64,000 nt of DNA from Clostridia bacterium (GCA_017455185.1 JAFTBN010000021.1:21897-85896), one strand, 5' to 3'; numbered from the stretch's first letter, positions 35,256-45,458 are shown. Made by a program: numbers and translations. Notes: generated by a model from the sequence alone, not told the origin.

Positions 35256-37040
35256 ATGACGTCGAACAAGTATGTCCTTAATTGGATTGACGAAATGGCC
35301 GCTATGACCAAACCGGACAAAATTGTCTGGATTGACGGCTCTGAAGAGCAAGCCGACCGCCTTCGCGACGAAGCCTGCAAAACGGGAGAAATGATTAAGC
35401 TGAACGAAGAAAAGCTTCCCGGCTGCTATCTCCACCGCACCGCCGTAAACGATGTGGCCCGTGTCGAGGACCGCACCTTCATCTGCACCCCCACCAAGGA
35501 AGAGGCAGGAAACATCAACAACTGGATTGCTCCGGATGAAATGTATGCCCGTCTGAAGAAACTGTACACCGGTTCCATGAAGGGAAAAACCATGTACGTC
35601 ATCCCCTATTCCATGTCTGTGATCGGTTCCCCCTTCGCCAAATACGGCATTGAACTGACCGACTCCATCTACGTCGTCCTCAACATGCTCATCATGACCC
35701 GGGTCGGCACAAAGGTAATGGAAGCGCTGGGCGACAGCCCGGACTATGTCAAAGGCCTGCATGCAACCGCAGACTGCGACCCGGAAAACCGCTACATCGT
35801 TCAGTTCCCGCAGGACAACACCATCATGTCCGTCAACTCGGCTTACGGCGGAAACGTTCTGCTCGGAAAGAAGTGCTTCGCTCTCCGTATCGCGTCCTAT
35901 CTGGGCCGCAAGGAAAACTGGATGGCCGAGCACATGCTCATCCTGGGCGTAACCTATCCCGACGGCTCCAAGCATTACGTGACGGCCGCATTCCCGTCCG
36001 CCTGCGGAAAGACGAATCTGGCTATGCTGATTCCGCCCAAGCAGTACCTGGAAAAAGGATACAAGATTGAAACCGTCGGCGACGACATCGCATGGCTCCG
36101 GATCGGCCAGGACGGCCGCCTGTGGGCCGTGAATCCCGAAAACGGTTTCTTCGGCGTAGCTCCGGGCACCAACGAGAAATCCAACCCGAACGCGCTGGCC
36201 TCGACCCGCAAAGACACCATTTTCACCAACGTCTGCCACAATCTGGATGACAATACGGTATGGTGGGAAGGACTGAACGACAATCCTCCTCACAACGCCA
36301 TCAACTGGAAGGGCGAAAAGTGGGATTACACCAAATACGACAAAGCCGACAAGATCAATACGTCCGGCGCTCATCCCAACTCCCGCTTCACTGCGAAAGC
36401 AGAGAACTGCCCCTGCCTGTCTGACGAATTCTACAAAGGCGCCGGCGTACCGGTTGAAGCCATCATCTTCGGCGGCCGCCGTGCCAAAACGGCTCCGCTG
36501 GTTTACCAGTCCACTTCCTGGCAGAACGGTACCTTCGTCGGTTCCATCATGGCATCCGAAACGACCGCTGCCGCTGCCGGCGCAATCGGCGTGGTCCGCA
36601 GAGACCCGATGGCCATGCGTCCCTTTGTCGGATACAACATGGGCGACTACTGGGCACACTGGCTCAAGATGGGCAACCTGATTCCCAATCCTCCCAAGAT
36701 TTTCCATGTAAACTGGTTCCGCACCGACGCGGAAGGCCATTTCATCTGGCCCGGATTCGGTGACAACATGCGCGTCCTGATGTGGATTCTGGGCCGCTGC
36801 GAAGGCAAATATGACGCGGATCTTTCCCCGATCGGCTACCTGCCCAAAGCGGAAGACATCAACATCGAGGGTCTGAACGGCATCACCCGTGACACCATCC
36901 GCGAACTGCTCACCATCGACAAACAGAGCTGGCTGGATGATGTGGCGCACATCCGTGAATTCTACGCATTCGTGGGACAGGCCGTTCCTCATGCGCTCTA
37001 CGATGAGCTGGATGCACTCGAAGCACGCCTGAAGAACTGA
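35256..37040 (+). CDS. pckG: phosphoenolpyruvate carboxykinase (GTP)
   Basis: The kinase-1a P-loop FPSACGKTNLAML and overall GTP-PEPCK pattern are present. I prefer the ATG at 35256 (MTSNKYVLNWIDE), with AAGGAG 6 nt upstream, over the SD-less ATG at 35232. Confidence 0.95.
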   Translation: MTSNKYVLNWIDEMAAMTKPDKIVWIDGSEEQADRLRDEACKTGEMIKLNEEKLPGCYLHRTAVNDVARVEDRTFICTPTKEEAGNINNWIAPDEMYARLKKLYTGSMKGKTMYVIPYSMSVIGSPFAKYGIELTDSIYVVLNMLIMTRVGTKVMEALGDSPDYVKGLHATADCDPENRYIVQFPQDNTIMSVNSAYGGNVLLGKKCFALRIASYLGRKENWMAEHMLILGVTYPDGSKHYVTAAFPSACGKTNLAMLIPPKQYLEKGYKIETVGDDIAWLRIGQDGRLWAVNPENGFFGVAPGTNEKSNPNALASTRKDTIFTNVCHNLDDNTVWWEGLNDNPPHNAINWKGEKWDYTKYDKADKINTSGAHPNSRFTAKAENCPCLSDEFYKGAGVPVEAIIFGGRRAKTAPLVYQSTSWQNGTFVGSIMASETTAAAAGAIGVVRRDPMAMRPFVGYNMGDYWAHWLKMGNLIPNPPKIFHVNWFRTDAEGHFIWPGFGDNMRVLMWILGRCEGKYDADLSPIGYLPKAEDINIEGLNGITRDTIRELLTIDKQSWLDDVAHIREFYAFVGQAVPHALYDELDALEARLKN

Positions 37041-37057
37041 ATCTGAACTTCTTATCT

Positions 37058-37097
37058 CCCGCGCAGTCCGGTTTTCCGGATTGCGCGGGTTTTCTTT
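37058..37097 (+). terminator. intrinsic terminator after pckG
   Basis: CCCGCGCA (37058-37065) pairs with TGCGCGGG (37082-37089), followed by TTTTCTTT. Confidence 0.85.
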
Positions 37098-37149
37098 CCG
37101 AAAAGAGCCCCGGAGTGCAAAAATCTTGATTCGGACTCCTCTTGTTTTC

Positions 37150-37178
37150 TTGACGAAGCAAGTCCCGTGTTGTATAAT
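37150..37178 (+). promoter_or_regulatory. candidate promoter of the PfkB kinase gene
   Basis: TTGACG (37150-37155), 17-nt spacer ending in TG, TATAAT (37173-37178). Confidence 0.7.
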
Positions 37179-37207
37179 GAAGGCGAAAACACAGGAGGTG
37201 TACTCAT

Positions 37208-38152
37208 ATGAAAAAAGTACTCTGCATCGGCTCAATTACCGTAGATGTCATGATCAAACCCGTCAACGAACTGCCCAAGGCAGGCACGCTGGTTGCGGTG
37301 GATTCGGTTTCCACCCACATCGGAGGCTGCGCGTCCAACGCGGCTGCGGACCTCGCGAAAATCGGCGTTCCCGTCGTCATGTCCGCCCTGGTCGGCGACG
37401 ATATGATGGGCGATTTCTTCAAGAAGACCATCTCTTCCTACGGCGTGGACATCCGCGGCGTCAAGACGTCCAAAGAAGTCGGAACCACCATTTCCACCGT
37501 TCTGATTTCGGACAACGGCGAACGTTCCTTCCTTTATAATCCCGCTTCCGCAGCCGTGTTCACCGATACGGACATCCCGGACGAACTGATTCAGGAATGC
37601 GACATTCTGTTCATCGGCGGCGCTCTTTTGCTCACCTCCTTTGACGGTGCACCGGCCGCCCGCGTCATGAAACGCGCACGGGAACTCGGAAAGATTACCG
37701 TTATGGACACCGCATGGGATTTCGACGACATCTGGCTTCCCAAGATCCGCGAAGTCCTTCCCTATCTGGATTATTTCATTCCTTCGGTTGAGGAAGCCGA
37801 AAAACTGACCGGCGAAACCGAACCCGAAAAGATTGCGGATAAACTTCACGACCTGGGCTCGACCCACATCGCGGTCAAAGTCGGAAAGAGAGGCTCCATG
37901 ATTTCTCCCGTCAAGGGCGAGTACAAGTATCTGCCCACCTATTCCGGCATCAAGCGCGTAGACACCACCGGTGCCGGCGACAGCTTCTGCGCAGGATTTC
38001 TGACCGGTCTTGCCAACGACTGGGATATGGAAAAATCCGCCCAGTTCGGAAATGCGGTTGCTTCCCACTGCATCCAGGCCATCGGTGCAACGACCTGCAT
38101 CCCGCCTATGAACGAAGTGCTGAAATTCATGGAAACCCATACGGCCGGCTGA
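37208..38152 (+). CDS. PfkB-family carbohydrate kinase
   Basis: 314 aa with an AGGAGG SD. Has the PfkB signature DTTGAGDSFCAGFL and an N-terminal GG-containing sugar-binding motif. Confidence 0.9.
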   Translation: MKKVLCIGSITVDVMIKPVNELPKAGTLVAVDSVSTHIGGCASNAAADLAKIGVPVVMSALVGDDMMGDFFKKTISSYGVDIRGVKTSKEVGTTISTVLISDNGERSFLYNPASAAVFTDTDIPDELIQECDILFIGGALLLTSFDGAPAARVMKRARELGKITVMDTAWDFDDIWLPKIREVLPYLDYFIPSVEEAEKLTGETEPEKIADKLHDLGSTHIAVKVGKRGSMISPVKGEYKYLPTYSGIKRVDTTGAGDSFCAGFLTGLANDWDMEKSAQFGNAVASHCIQAIGATTCIPPMNEVLKFMETHTAG

Positions 38153-38167
38153 TTCCGCCCCATTCGG

Positions 38168-38200
38168 GAAAAGGCCCGTGCGACTCCGCACGGGCCTTTT
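38168..38200. terminator. bidirectional intrinsic terminator between the PfkB kinase and GH2 genes
   Basis: GGCCCGTGC (38173-38181) pairs with GCACGGGCC (38188-38196). AAAA lies upstream and TTTT downstream. Confidence 0.85.
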
Positions 38201-38212
38201 CTGTATCTTTTT

Positions 38213-41200
38213 TTACTTTTCCCCGGCCGGTGCTGGGACCTTGATCACAACCGGGGACAGATTGAATCCGTCGAGCCGGACCGATTCCGGCACCGAAGAA
38301 ACCGATTTGGGCACGCAAGCCTTCACGACGGTCTCCTCGCCCGGCATCATAACCAGGTAGTTTTCGGACCAGAAGGCCGGCAGAATCCGCTCGCCCTCCC
38401 GGTCGAGCAAAGTCAGATGGGCCATCAGGAACGGAATACGTCCGTTCCGGACACGCATGGAATAGACGCGGTCCTTTTCGTTTTCCCCGCTCTTCTCCCA
38501 GTATACCTGTGCCTGTGCCTGCGGCAGGGAGGCAAAATCCCGGCTGTCAAAAGCCCTTGTCGGATTGCGCCAATAATCCTCGCGCGCCAGACGCGTTCCT
38601 TCCCTGTCATAAACCGAGAGCCGGATAAAATGCAACCGTTTCAGCTCGGGCGGCATCGGTGCGGCGCTTTCGGCTCCGTCCGCTCCCGCCAGAAACTCGG
38701 TCACGACCGGCCCCTTGGCACCGGGCAGTTTTTCCATCAGCTCGCAACTGTCCGCCTTTGCGTCCATGACGCGGGTTCTGGTCAGGATCCGGATGCCTTT
38801 GAGGCTGTAAGCCTCCAGGACAACCCTAAGCCCGGACAGATTCTTTCCGGTCTCGTTGAGCAGATAGACCGCGTCCTGGGAACTGTTCCAAAGGGCATGC
38901 ACCGGAATATTCCCGGCCCGGCAGCCCTCGTATCCGCCGTTGATGTCGTAACACCAATCGTACGTCTGCCAGGTCATGGATAGCTGACAGGGCGAACTCA
39001 TCCACATCAGAAGCCCTTCTCCCCTGACCGCATGTTCGGCTTCGAACATCGCGCGATGCGCCTCAAAGTCCACAATCTGCGCAACCCGGACAAACTCTTC
39101 CAGGGAATTGAAATCCGGGTCATACCCCTCTTTCATCCTTTCCAGCGTTTGTTCCGCCTTCTGATGACTGCGATTCATGCAGAAGTCATGATGGGCCCAG
39201 ACTTCATCCGGCGGCCATGCATGCGCCGGAGTGAGCATCCGCTTCATGGTATCCAATTCCGGAATGTTCAGCAGTCCCCGTTCGGAGTGCAGCGTCTCCT
39301 TCGTGTTTTCAAAATACCAAGAAGGCAGCTGGATGCAATACGGGCCTAATCCGCTGACCCCGCAGGACGCGGAATGCGGGATATACAGCCTTGTCCCGTC
39401 CTCCCGCTCCACCAGCGCACGGAGTCCCCGGTCCAAAGTTTCGGGCGGCATCCCTTCGTTCCGGCCGCAATACAGCGCCAGGCTCGGATGAATCCGGTAA
39501 TGACGGATTTTGTCCAGGGCATTCTCCAAAAACATCTCCTCGTCATCCGGTTCGGGACCGTCTACCGGATTGGCCAGCCAGAAATCGTCCCAGATCAGGA
39601 TTCCGTAGCGGTCACAGGCCCTGTAAAACTCCTCGTCGTTCGTCATACCGACCCAGTTGCGGATCATCGTAAAATTCGCGTGGGCATGGAACCGGACCTT
39701 GGTTTCATAATCAAACGCGTCCGCCCGCAGATTCGCGTCGGGCATACCCCAGTTTCCTCCGCGGCACACGATCCGCACTCCGTTGCAGAAAAGACGCACA
39801 TGCGGCTCGGTTTCATACCGGATTTCACGCAGTCCTATTTCCAGTTCCTTTTGTGCCTCCACCCTTCCGTCGTCGGTCAGGGCACGGATCTGTCCCCGGT
39901 ACAGATACGGCTCTCCGTACGTGTTGGGCCACCAGAGTCTGGGGCCTGAAACCGAAACCGTTCCGAGATTCACTTCGGTCTCCTGCCCCGGTTCCAGGCG
40001 GAGCATTTCGCTTTTCAGAGTCGGGATATCCCTCTCAAAGGATGCCTGAAGGAAAACCTGCCGGACAGAGACACCGTAGTTTTTGACCCGGGCCTTCAGC
40101 GTCAGCTCGGCGACGCCGTCCTTCAGCCTGACATCCGACGCCGGATCGTCCACCCAAAGATCGGTTCCGAAAGAAATCCACACATTTCCGTACAGACCCA
40201 CATTCCGGCCTTTGACCGTGTTGATCCAGTCCCAGCCTGCGCTGGCGTGAATGGTGGGATTGTCCGCTCCCAGAACGCCGCCGTTCGGTCCCGAGGCATC
40301 CAGCCTGTGGCATTTTACGGGGCCTGGCGTCGCATTGGTTCTGACCAGAACCGCCAGAGCATTCTCCTCGCCCGGCAGCGCAAGGTCGGTCAGATCGAAG
40401 ACACCGCGTTTGAATGCGCCGGCCATGGCGCCGGCTTTTTTTCCGTTGAAATAGATTTCCCCTTTCCAGTTCAGGGCATCCAGATGAAGCAGAATCCGCT
40501 TCCCTGAGACTGTCTTCGGAAGGGTAAAAGCTGCCCGATACCAGTAATCGCACAGGAAATAGCGGTCTGAGAGTTGGAGATGGTGATCGGCCGGATCCGG
40601 ATCCGGAATCATTCCGCCTTCCAGATAGGAACAAAGCGCCGTTCCGGGCACGACCGCATCGATCCACGCCCCGTCGTCGTATCCGGACTTTGAAAGCGTC
40701 TCTCCGCCCTCCGAAACTTCGGGCGCCCGGAGCAGTTTCCAGTTTCCGCCCTTCAGGTCCGCCCGTTCAGAAGAGGGCTCCGGCCATGCCCGGGCCGGTT
40801 TCGGGCAGGGGTGTTCCGCCTGCCCGTACAGGGACAGTCTGCCGATGGAAAAACAGTCTCCCCCGGCCCCGGTCAGAACCACTTTCACCCGTTCGCAGCG
40901 AACGGGTTCGGACAGGCGACCGGACCAGACGGGCTGTTTGGCGCTCCGGGAACCGCGGACGGGTTTCTCCACCCAGTCCGTATCCTTCCCGGCCCCGACA
41001 AACACCCGGACCTTTTCGGGAAGTCCGGCTGCCGTGTCAGCCTCAAGTTCCAGTTCCTCCACAAAGGACGGTCCCTCCAGGAAAATGGTCAGGGACTCCT
41101 CCTCCCGGCCGGCACTCTGCCAAAGATAGCCGTCTTTGCCGCACAGCCCGCTGGTCACCAGATGACCGCAATGGTCCACGTCCCGGGCCGAGCTGTGCAA

Positions 41201-41242
41201 TACCGCACGCCGGAATGCCAAATCGACTCCTCTGTCTTTCAT
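38213..41242 (-). CDS. glycoside hydrolase family 2 protein with N-terminal discoidin-like domain, no signal peptide
   Basis: 1009 aa. GH2-type sugar-binding, Ig and TIM-barrel order (NGKKAGAMAGAFKRGVFDLT, GGNWGMPD, IRNWVGMTNDEEFY). AGGGAGG SD. Confidence 0.8.
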   Translation of the reverse strand: MKDRGVDLAFRRAVLHSSARDVDHCGHLVTSGLCGKDGYLWQSAGREEESLTIFLEGPSFVEELELEADTAAGLPEKVRVFVGAGKDTDWVEKPVRGSRSAKQPVWSGRLSEPVRCERVKVVLTGAGGDCFSIGRLSLYGQAEHPCPKPARAWPEPSSERADLKGGNWKLLRAPEVSEGGETLSKSGYDDGAWIDAVVPGTALCSYLEGGMIPDPDPADHHLQLSDRYFLCDYWYRAAFTLPKTVSGKRILLHLDALNWKGEIYFNGKKAGAMAGAFKRGVFDLTDLALPGEENALAVLVRTNATPGPVKCHRLDASGPNGGVLGADNPTIHASAGWDWINTVKGRNVGLYGNVWISFGTDLWVDDPASDVRLKDGVAELTLKARVKNYGVSVRQVFLQASFERDIPTLKSEMLRLEPGQETEVNLGTVSVSGPRLWWPNTYGEPYLYRGQIRALTDDGRVEAQKELEIGLREIRYETEPHVRLFCNGVRIVCRGGNWGMPDANLRADAFDYETKVRFHAHANFTMIRNWVGMTNDEEFYRACDRYGILIWDDFWLANPVDGPEPDDEEMFLENALDKIRHYRIHPSLALYCGRNEGMPPETLDRGLRALVEREDGTRLYIPHSASCGVSGLGPYCIQLPSWYFENTKETLHSERGLLNIPELDTMKRMLTPAHAWPPDEVWAHHDFCMNRSHQKAEQTLERMKEGYDPDFNSLEEFVRVAQIVDFEAHRAMFEAEHAVRGEGLLMWMSSPCQLSMTWQTYDWCYDINGGYEGCRAGNIPVHALWNSSQDAVYLLNETGKNLSGLRVVLEAYSLKGIRILTRTRVMDAKADSCELMEKLPGAKGPVVTEFLAGADGAESAAPMPPELKRLHFIRLSVYDREGTRLAREDYWRNPTRAFDSRDFASLPQAQAQVYWEKSGENEKDRVYSMRVRNGRIPFLMAHLTLLDREGERILPAFWSENYLVMMPGEETVVKACVPKSVSSVPESVRLDGFNLSPVVIKVPAPAGEK

Positions 41243-41331
41243 CTTTCACCCTCCCTGTCTGACTGCCGCTGAAGAAAAGGCCCCGCCCGGTTCCGAAAAG
41301 GACCGGCCAAAAGGCCTTTGTTTTTTTGCTG

Positions 41332-42702
41332 TTAATCCCGGCAAATATGGTCTCCCACATACAGGCCCATGGCACCGCTCTGTGAAAGTCCGCGCGTGAT
41401 GCCCGATCCGTCTCCGATCAGATACACGCCGTCGAAAATGGAAAAGTTTCCGTCGTGCTGCGGACGGATGGAATAATACTTGTTTTCGCATCCGTAAAGC
41501 AGGGTGTCGTCGTTGGCCGTTCCGGGCGCCACCTTGTCGAGCGCATAAATCGTCTCGATGATGTTGGTCAGGGCGCGGTAGGGCATCACGATGGACAGAT
41601 CCCCCGGAAACGCCTGCATGGTCGGGATAACGCTGTTGGCCGCAAGCCGGTGCGCGTTGGTGCGTCTTCCCCGCTTCAGGTCTCCGAACCGCTGTACGAT
41701 GATGTTGCCTTCGCCCGCGAAGTTCATGTTGCGCGCGATGTTCTCGGCGTACTCGGTCGGCTTATCGAAGTCCCCTTCAAAATGGATGGAGTTCAGAATT
41801 GCGAAATTGCAATTGTCGGTTTTCTTTTCAGGCTCGGCAAACGAATGGCCGTTGGCCGTAATCACGCCGTGATTGTTTTCCGCCGAAACCAGTCCTCCCT
41901 GATTGAAGCAGAACATACGCGTCCGGTCCTCGAACGTCTTGGTCCGGTACAGAATCTTCGGCTCGTAAATCTTGGAGGAAAACTCGCGCCAGATGGCATC
42001 CTTCATTTCCACACGGACGCCGATGTCGACCGAGTTCGCAAAGATGTGCACGCCGAACTTCAGGCAGATCTTCTTTACGAAATCCGCGCCGCTGCGTCCC
42101 GTGGCAATGATAATCTTGCGTGCTTCAATGGTGCCCGGCTCCTCCCGGTGCTTCACCTGCAAGACGTATCCCCCGTCGCTTTTCTCGATGTCGACGCATT
42201 CCGTACGGGAAACCATTTCCACCTGCTCGGAGCGCAAATGCTCGATCAGACGCAGCATCGTCTTGTAATTCTTGTCGGTTCCGAGATGCCGCACGTTCAT
42301 ATCCAGAAGGCGCAGATTATTCTGCAGGCATTTCAGTTTCAGTTCCTCGCTGGAGCGGTACAAAGGGGGATAGTCATCCGAAAAGCTTTCGAGCACATGG
42401 TCCACCTGGTTGATGTACTTCATGGCCACGTCTTCGCCCAGTTCGTCCCCAATCATACCGCCGTATGCGGTTCCCAGATTGAATTTGCCGTCCGAAAAAG
42501 CGCCGGCGCCCGCAAATCCGCCCGAAATGGAGCAGACCTTACAGTGCAGGCATTTCTGCCCGGCTCCCGCGGGGCAGGAACGCTTTTCCTGCTCATAGCC
42601 CCGCTCAAGGATTATGACCTTCAGATCTGGATTGTTCTGCTTGATGCGGTAAGCCGCCATCAGGCCTCCGATGCCTCCTCCTATAATCGCTATATCATAC
42701 AT
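41332..42702 (-). CDS. FAD-dependent oxidoreductase (COG2509-like)
   Basis: 456 aa with the dinucleotide-binding N-terminus MYDIAIIGGGIGGLMAAY and the C-terminal motif YLIGDGSGITRG. Confidence 0.85.
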   Translation of the reverse strand: MYDIAIIGGGIGGLMAAYRIKQNNPDLKVIILERGYEQEKRSCPAGAGQKCLHCKVCSISGGFAGAGAFSDGKFNLGTAYGGMIGDELGEDVAMKYINQVDHVLESFSDDYPPLYRSSEELKLKCLQNNLRLLDMNVRHLGTDKNYKTMLRLIEHLRSEQVEMVSRTECVDIEKSDGGYVLQVKHREEPGTIEARKIIIATGRSGADFVKKICLKFGVHIFANSVDIGVRVEMKDAIWREFSSKIYEPKILYRTKTFEDRTRMFCFNQGGLVSAENNHGVITANGHSFAEPEKKTDNCNFAILNSIHFEGDFDKPTEYAENIARNMNFAGEGNIIVQRFGDLKRGRRTNAHRLAANSVIPTMQAFPGDLSIVMPYRALTNIIETIYALDKVAPGTANDDTLLYGCENKYYSIRPQHDGNFSIFDGVYLIGDGSGITRGLSQSGAMGLYVGDHICRD

Positions 42703-42772
42703 ACTATCACCTTTTTTCTTTTGCTTCTTTCCGTCTCACAGGCGAGCAAATGGTATTCTTTTTCTTGTTTTA

Positions 42773-42801
42773 ATTGTATCACACAGACGCGGCAAAGTCA
42801 A
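42773..42801 (-). promoter_or_regulatory. candidate promoter of the FAD-oxidoreductase/GH2 transcription unit
   Basis: Minus strand reads TTGACT (42801-42796), 17-nt spacer, TACAAT (42778-42773). Confidence 0.6.
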
Positions 42802-42843
42802 TTTTCTGCCGCGGCAAAGGCCCGTTCCTTCCCTGCTCCGGCC

Positions 42844-44025
42844 TCAGTTCAGACCGAACGCAATCTTCGTGAAATGCAAATCCGTCAGCAGATTTCCCGT
42901 CTCGTACAGAATCAGCACCCGGTCCACCGGATGTGCGGACAGATACTCCGCCAGAGACTCCGAAAAATAACGCAGATCGATGACGTGAATCGTCTCAAAG
43001 TCGGACAGAAGAAAGGGCAGAAACGCATTGGCAAAGGAATCCTTGACCACCAGGACGGACCCCTGCCCTTTTCCGTGCAGTTCCATCTGCGCGTGATTTC
43101 CGTCGAAGAAGAACAGATAATGATCCTTCCCCTCAAGCCGCTCCGGATGGTAAACGGCAATCTCCTTCCCGTCCGCCGTTGCGGTGCATCCTTCGGGCAG
43201 AAGAGAATATTGCAAACGGTCCGGGTCGACCGGAAGCATGGACTTGGATGCCAGCGTTCCGTAAAAATCCCCGTCCTCGCTCACCGGAAGGGCATCCCCG
43301 GCCGCAGGCGTGCGGCCCAGCTGTTCCAGATACGCACAGTACGCCGCCCTGGCCCCGTAAAAGGTCCAGTGATGGTCGGTCCGGTAGTACAGATTCTGCC
43401 CCTGCTCCTTTGCGTTTTGCAAGGCGCTTTCCACCTCAATCAGGTTCAGATTGTCCTTTGTCCGGGCGAACGCCCGCGCCTGCCCGATGCGGGCCGGATA
43501 GTCGAACGTATACGCAAAGGCGGGAAGCTCCCCTGCATACAGCGCAGAGGCCGGCGGAACCAGAATCAGATCGGTCTGCAGTTCCGGAAAGGCATCCAGA
43601 AATGCATTCAGGGCCGCTTCCCTGTCTTCCCATTTTCCGGCCGACGCGTCCTTCTCGGTCACCTGCAGAAACAGCCGGCCGTTCCGGCCTGCATAAACCC
43701 CTCCGATGTCCCGTGTCCCGGTTGCGTATTTCAACCCGGAACTCAGCCGCACCAGATTCTCCCGTCCGGGGAACTGATCGGTCAGGAAAGATTCAAAATC
43801 CTCCTGGAAATGTTCGTCTCCGAGCCCCGAAAAATCCGAAGGGCGGAAAGTCGAAAGAACCCTGTTCTCGTTTTCGGAAAACGTTTCCTGGGGCAGAATG
43901 AAGCACAAAAGCCCCACTGTCAGCAAGACAAGGAAAAATACAAGGGAGAACCAGAAACTCACTCTTTTCAGGTTAGGCTCCTTTGCCTGCACGTTTTCCG
44001 TTTTTTCAAGTTTCGTATGGTCCAT
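42844..44025 (-). CDS. DHHW family protein (membrane-anchored, extracytoplasmic; acyl-transfer partner of MBOAT)
   Basis: The real start is the ATG at 44025 (MDHTKLEKTEN...), with GGGGAGG upstream. The 44298 ORF start is an extension through the MBOAT gene. One N-terminal TM helix and the eponymous motif YYRTDHHWTFYGA. Confidence 0.85.
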   Translation of the reverse strand: MDHTKLEKTENVQAKEPNLKRVSFWFSLVFFLVLLTVGLLCFILPQETFSENENRVLSTFRPSDFSGLGDEHFQEDFESFLTDQFPGRENLVRLSSGLKYATGTRDIGGVYAGRNGRLFLQVTEKDASAGKWEDREAALNAFLDAFPELQTDLILVPPASALYAGELPAFAYTFDYPARIGQARAFARTKDNLNLIEVESALQNAKEQGQNLYYRTDHHWTFYGARAAYCAYLEQLGRTPAAGDALPVSEDGDFYGTLASKSMLPVDPDRLQYSLLPEGCTATADGKEIAVYHPERLEGKDHYLFFFDGNHAQMELHGKGQGSVLVVKDSFANAFLPFLLSDFETIHVIDLRYFSESLAEYLSAHPVDRVLILYETGNLLTDLHFTKIAFGLN

Positions 44026-44036
44026 AATCCCCTCCC

Positions 44037-45449
44037 CTAAAAACGGAAATACAGGAAGGGATTGAACGTATCCGCTTCCAGAAACGCCACGGACAAAAGC
44101 AGAAGGCCCACCGTGCCCAGCGCGCAAAGCGCAAAGCCGCCCCGGACGCCGCACTTCTCCTTTACCTTTCCGAACAAAAGCCTGGGCAGGTGCGTCGAAC
44201 CGACCGCCATAGCAAGCAGCGGCAGCGCGTGCGTCAGGGCAAAATAGAGGCCCTGCGTCCCCACGCCCGCTCCGGCTCCCGCCAGAGCCGCTAGCCACTG
44301 TCCAAGGGAAGGCAGATCCTCGGCAAAGAAAATCACCCAGCCGATGACAATGAAAAACAACGCGTACAGATGACCCACAAATGCGGGAGCCTTATCCAGA
44401 AAGCGCCCCCAGACGAACTTTTCCAGAACGAGTAATACGAAGAAATACAGCCCCCACAGGATGAACGTCCACCCCGCTCCGTGCCACAGTCCCGTCAGGA
44501 ACCAGACCAGGAACAGATTGAACACCTGGCGCGCCTTCCCATGCCGGTTCCCACCCAGCGGAATGTATACGTACTCCCGGAACCAGCCCGACAGCGTCAT
44601 ATGCCAGCGCCGCCAGAAGTCCGTAATGCTCCGGGCCTCGTAGGGATAGTGGAAGTTTTCCGGAAAATCGAATCCGAGCATATGTCCGAGTCCGATGGCC
44701 ATGTCCGAGTACCCCGAAAAATCGAAGTAGATCTGGAAGGTCACCATCAGCGCCGCAAGCCAGGCCAGCAGCACGTCGTCCTGCACCGAGCGGAGTTCCT
44801 GCACCTGAGAGGCCCAGAGCCCGACCTGATTGGCCAGAAGAACCTTCTTGGCCAGTCCCACGCAGAAGCGGAAAATGCCCTGCGCCATCTTTTCGGGATC
44901 CACCCGTCTTGCAACGAGCTGCTCCTCCACCTCGACGTACCGCACGATCGGTCCCGCAATCAGCTGGGGAAAGAGCGCGACGTAGGTAGCGAAGCGGATG
45001 AAATTCTTCTGCGCCCGGGTACGACCCGCATAGACGTCCAGCACATAGGAAAGATTCTGGAATGTATAAAAGGAAATGCCGATTGGCATCGCCACCTTCA
45101 AAAGCGAGACGGTATACCCGAAGACATCCGAAACCGTCTGAAGCAGAAAATTCGTATATTTGAAAAAGCACAGCGAACCGAGATTCAGAATCACGGTCCC
45201 GATGAGCACCGCCCGGCGCAGTCCCTGCCTGTCGGGCCGCTGTTCCAGCGCCCCGATCCAAAGCCCGGCCAGGTAATCCACCCCGATGGTCACAAGCATG
45301 ACCACCGTGTAGATCTGCTCTCCATAAGCATAAAAGATCAGACTGACCAGAAGCAGGAAGGGATTGCGCCATTTGGCAGGCAGAACCCAGTGCAAAAGCA
45401 CGGTTATGCTCATGAACAGCAACAGAAAGGCAAAACTGCTGAAGACCAT
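44037..45449 (-). CDS. MBOAT family O-acyltransferase (AlgI/DltB-like)
   Basis: 470 aa, polytopic. Conserved His region FWRRWHMTLSGWFREYVYIPLGGNR. AAGGAGG SD. Confidence 0.92.
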   Translation of the reverse strand: MVFSSFAFLLLFMSITVLLHWVLPAKWRNPFLLLVSLIFYAYGEQIYTVVMLVTIGVDYLAGLWIGALEQRPDRQGLRRAVLIGTVILNLGSLCFFKYTNFLLQTVSDVFGYTVSLLKVAMPIGISFYTFQNLSYVLDVYAGRTRAQKNFIRFATYVALFPQLIAGPIVRYVEVEEQLVARRVDPEKMAQGIFRFCVGLAKKVLLANQVGLWASQVQELRSVQDDVLLAWLAALMVTFQIYFDFSGYSDMAIGLGHMLGFDFPENFHYPYEARSITDFWRRWHMTLSGWFREYVYIPLGGNRHGKARQVFNLFLVWFLTGLWHGAGWTFILWGLYFFVLLVLEKFVWGRFLDKAPAFVGHLYALFFIVIGWVIFFAEDLPSLGQWLAALAGAGAGVGTQGLYFALTHALPLLAMAVGSTHLPRLLFGKVKEKCGVRGGFALCALGTVGLLLLSVAFLEADTFNPFLYFRF

Positions 45450-45458
45450 AACCCCTCC

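Noticed and set aside
35214-37235. A 673-aa minus-strand ORF
   Set aside because: It is antisense to pckG, which is unambiguous from its P-loop and full-length GTP-PEPCK pattern.
41455-44040. An 861-aa plus-strand ORF
   Set aside because: It is antisense to the FAD-oxidoreductase and DHHW genes and crosses their intergenic promoter region. No motifs are present.
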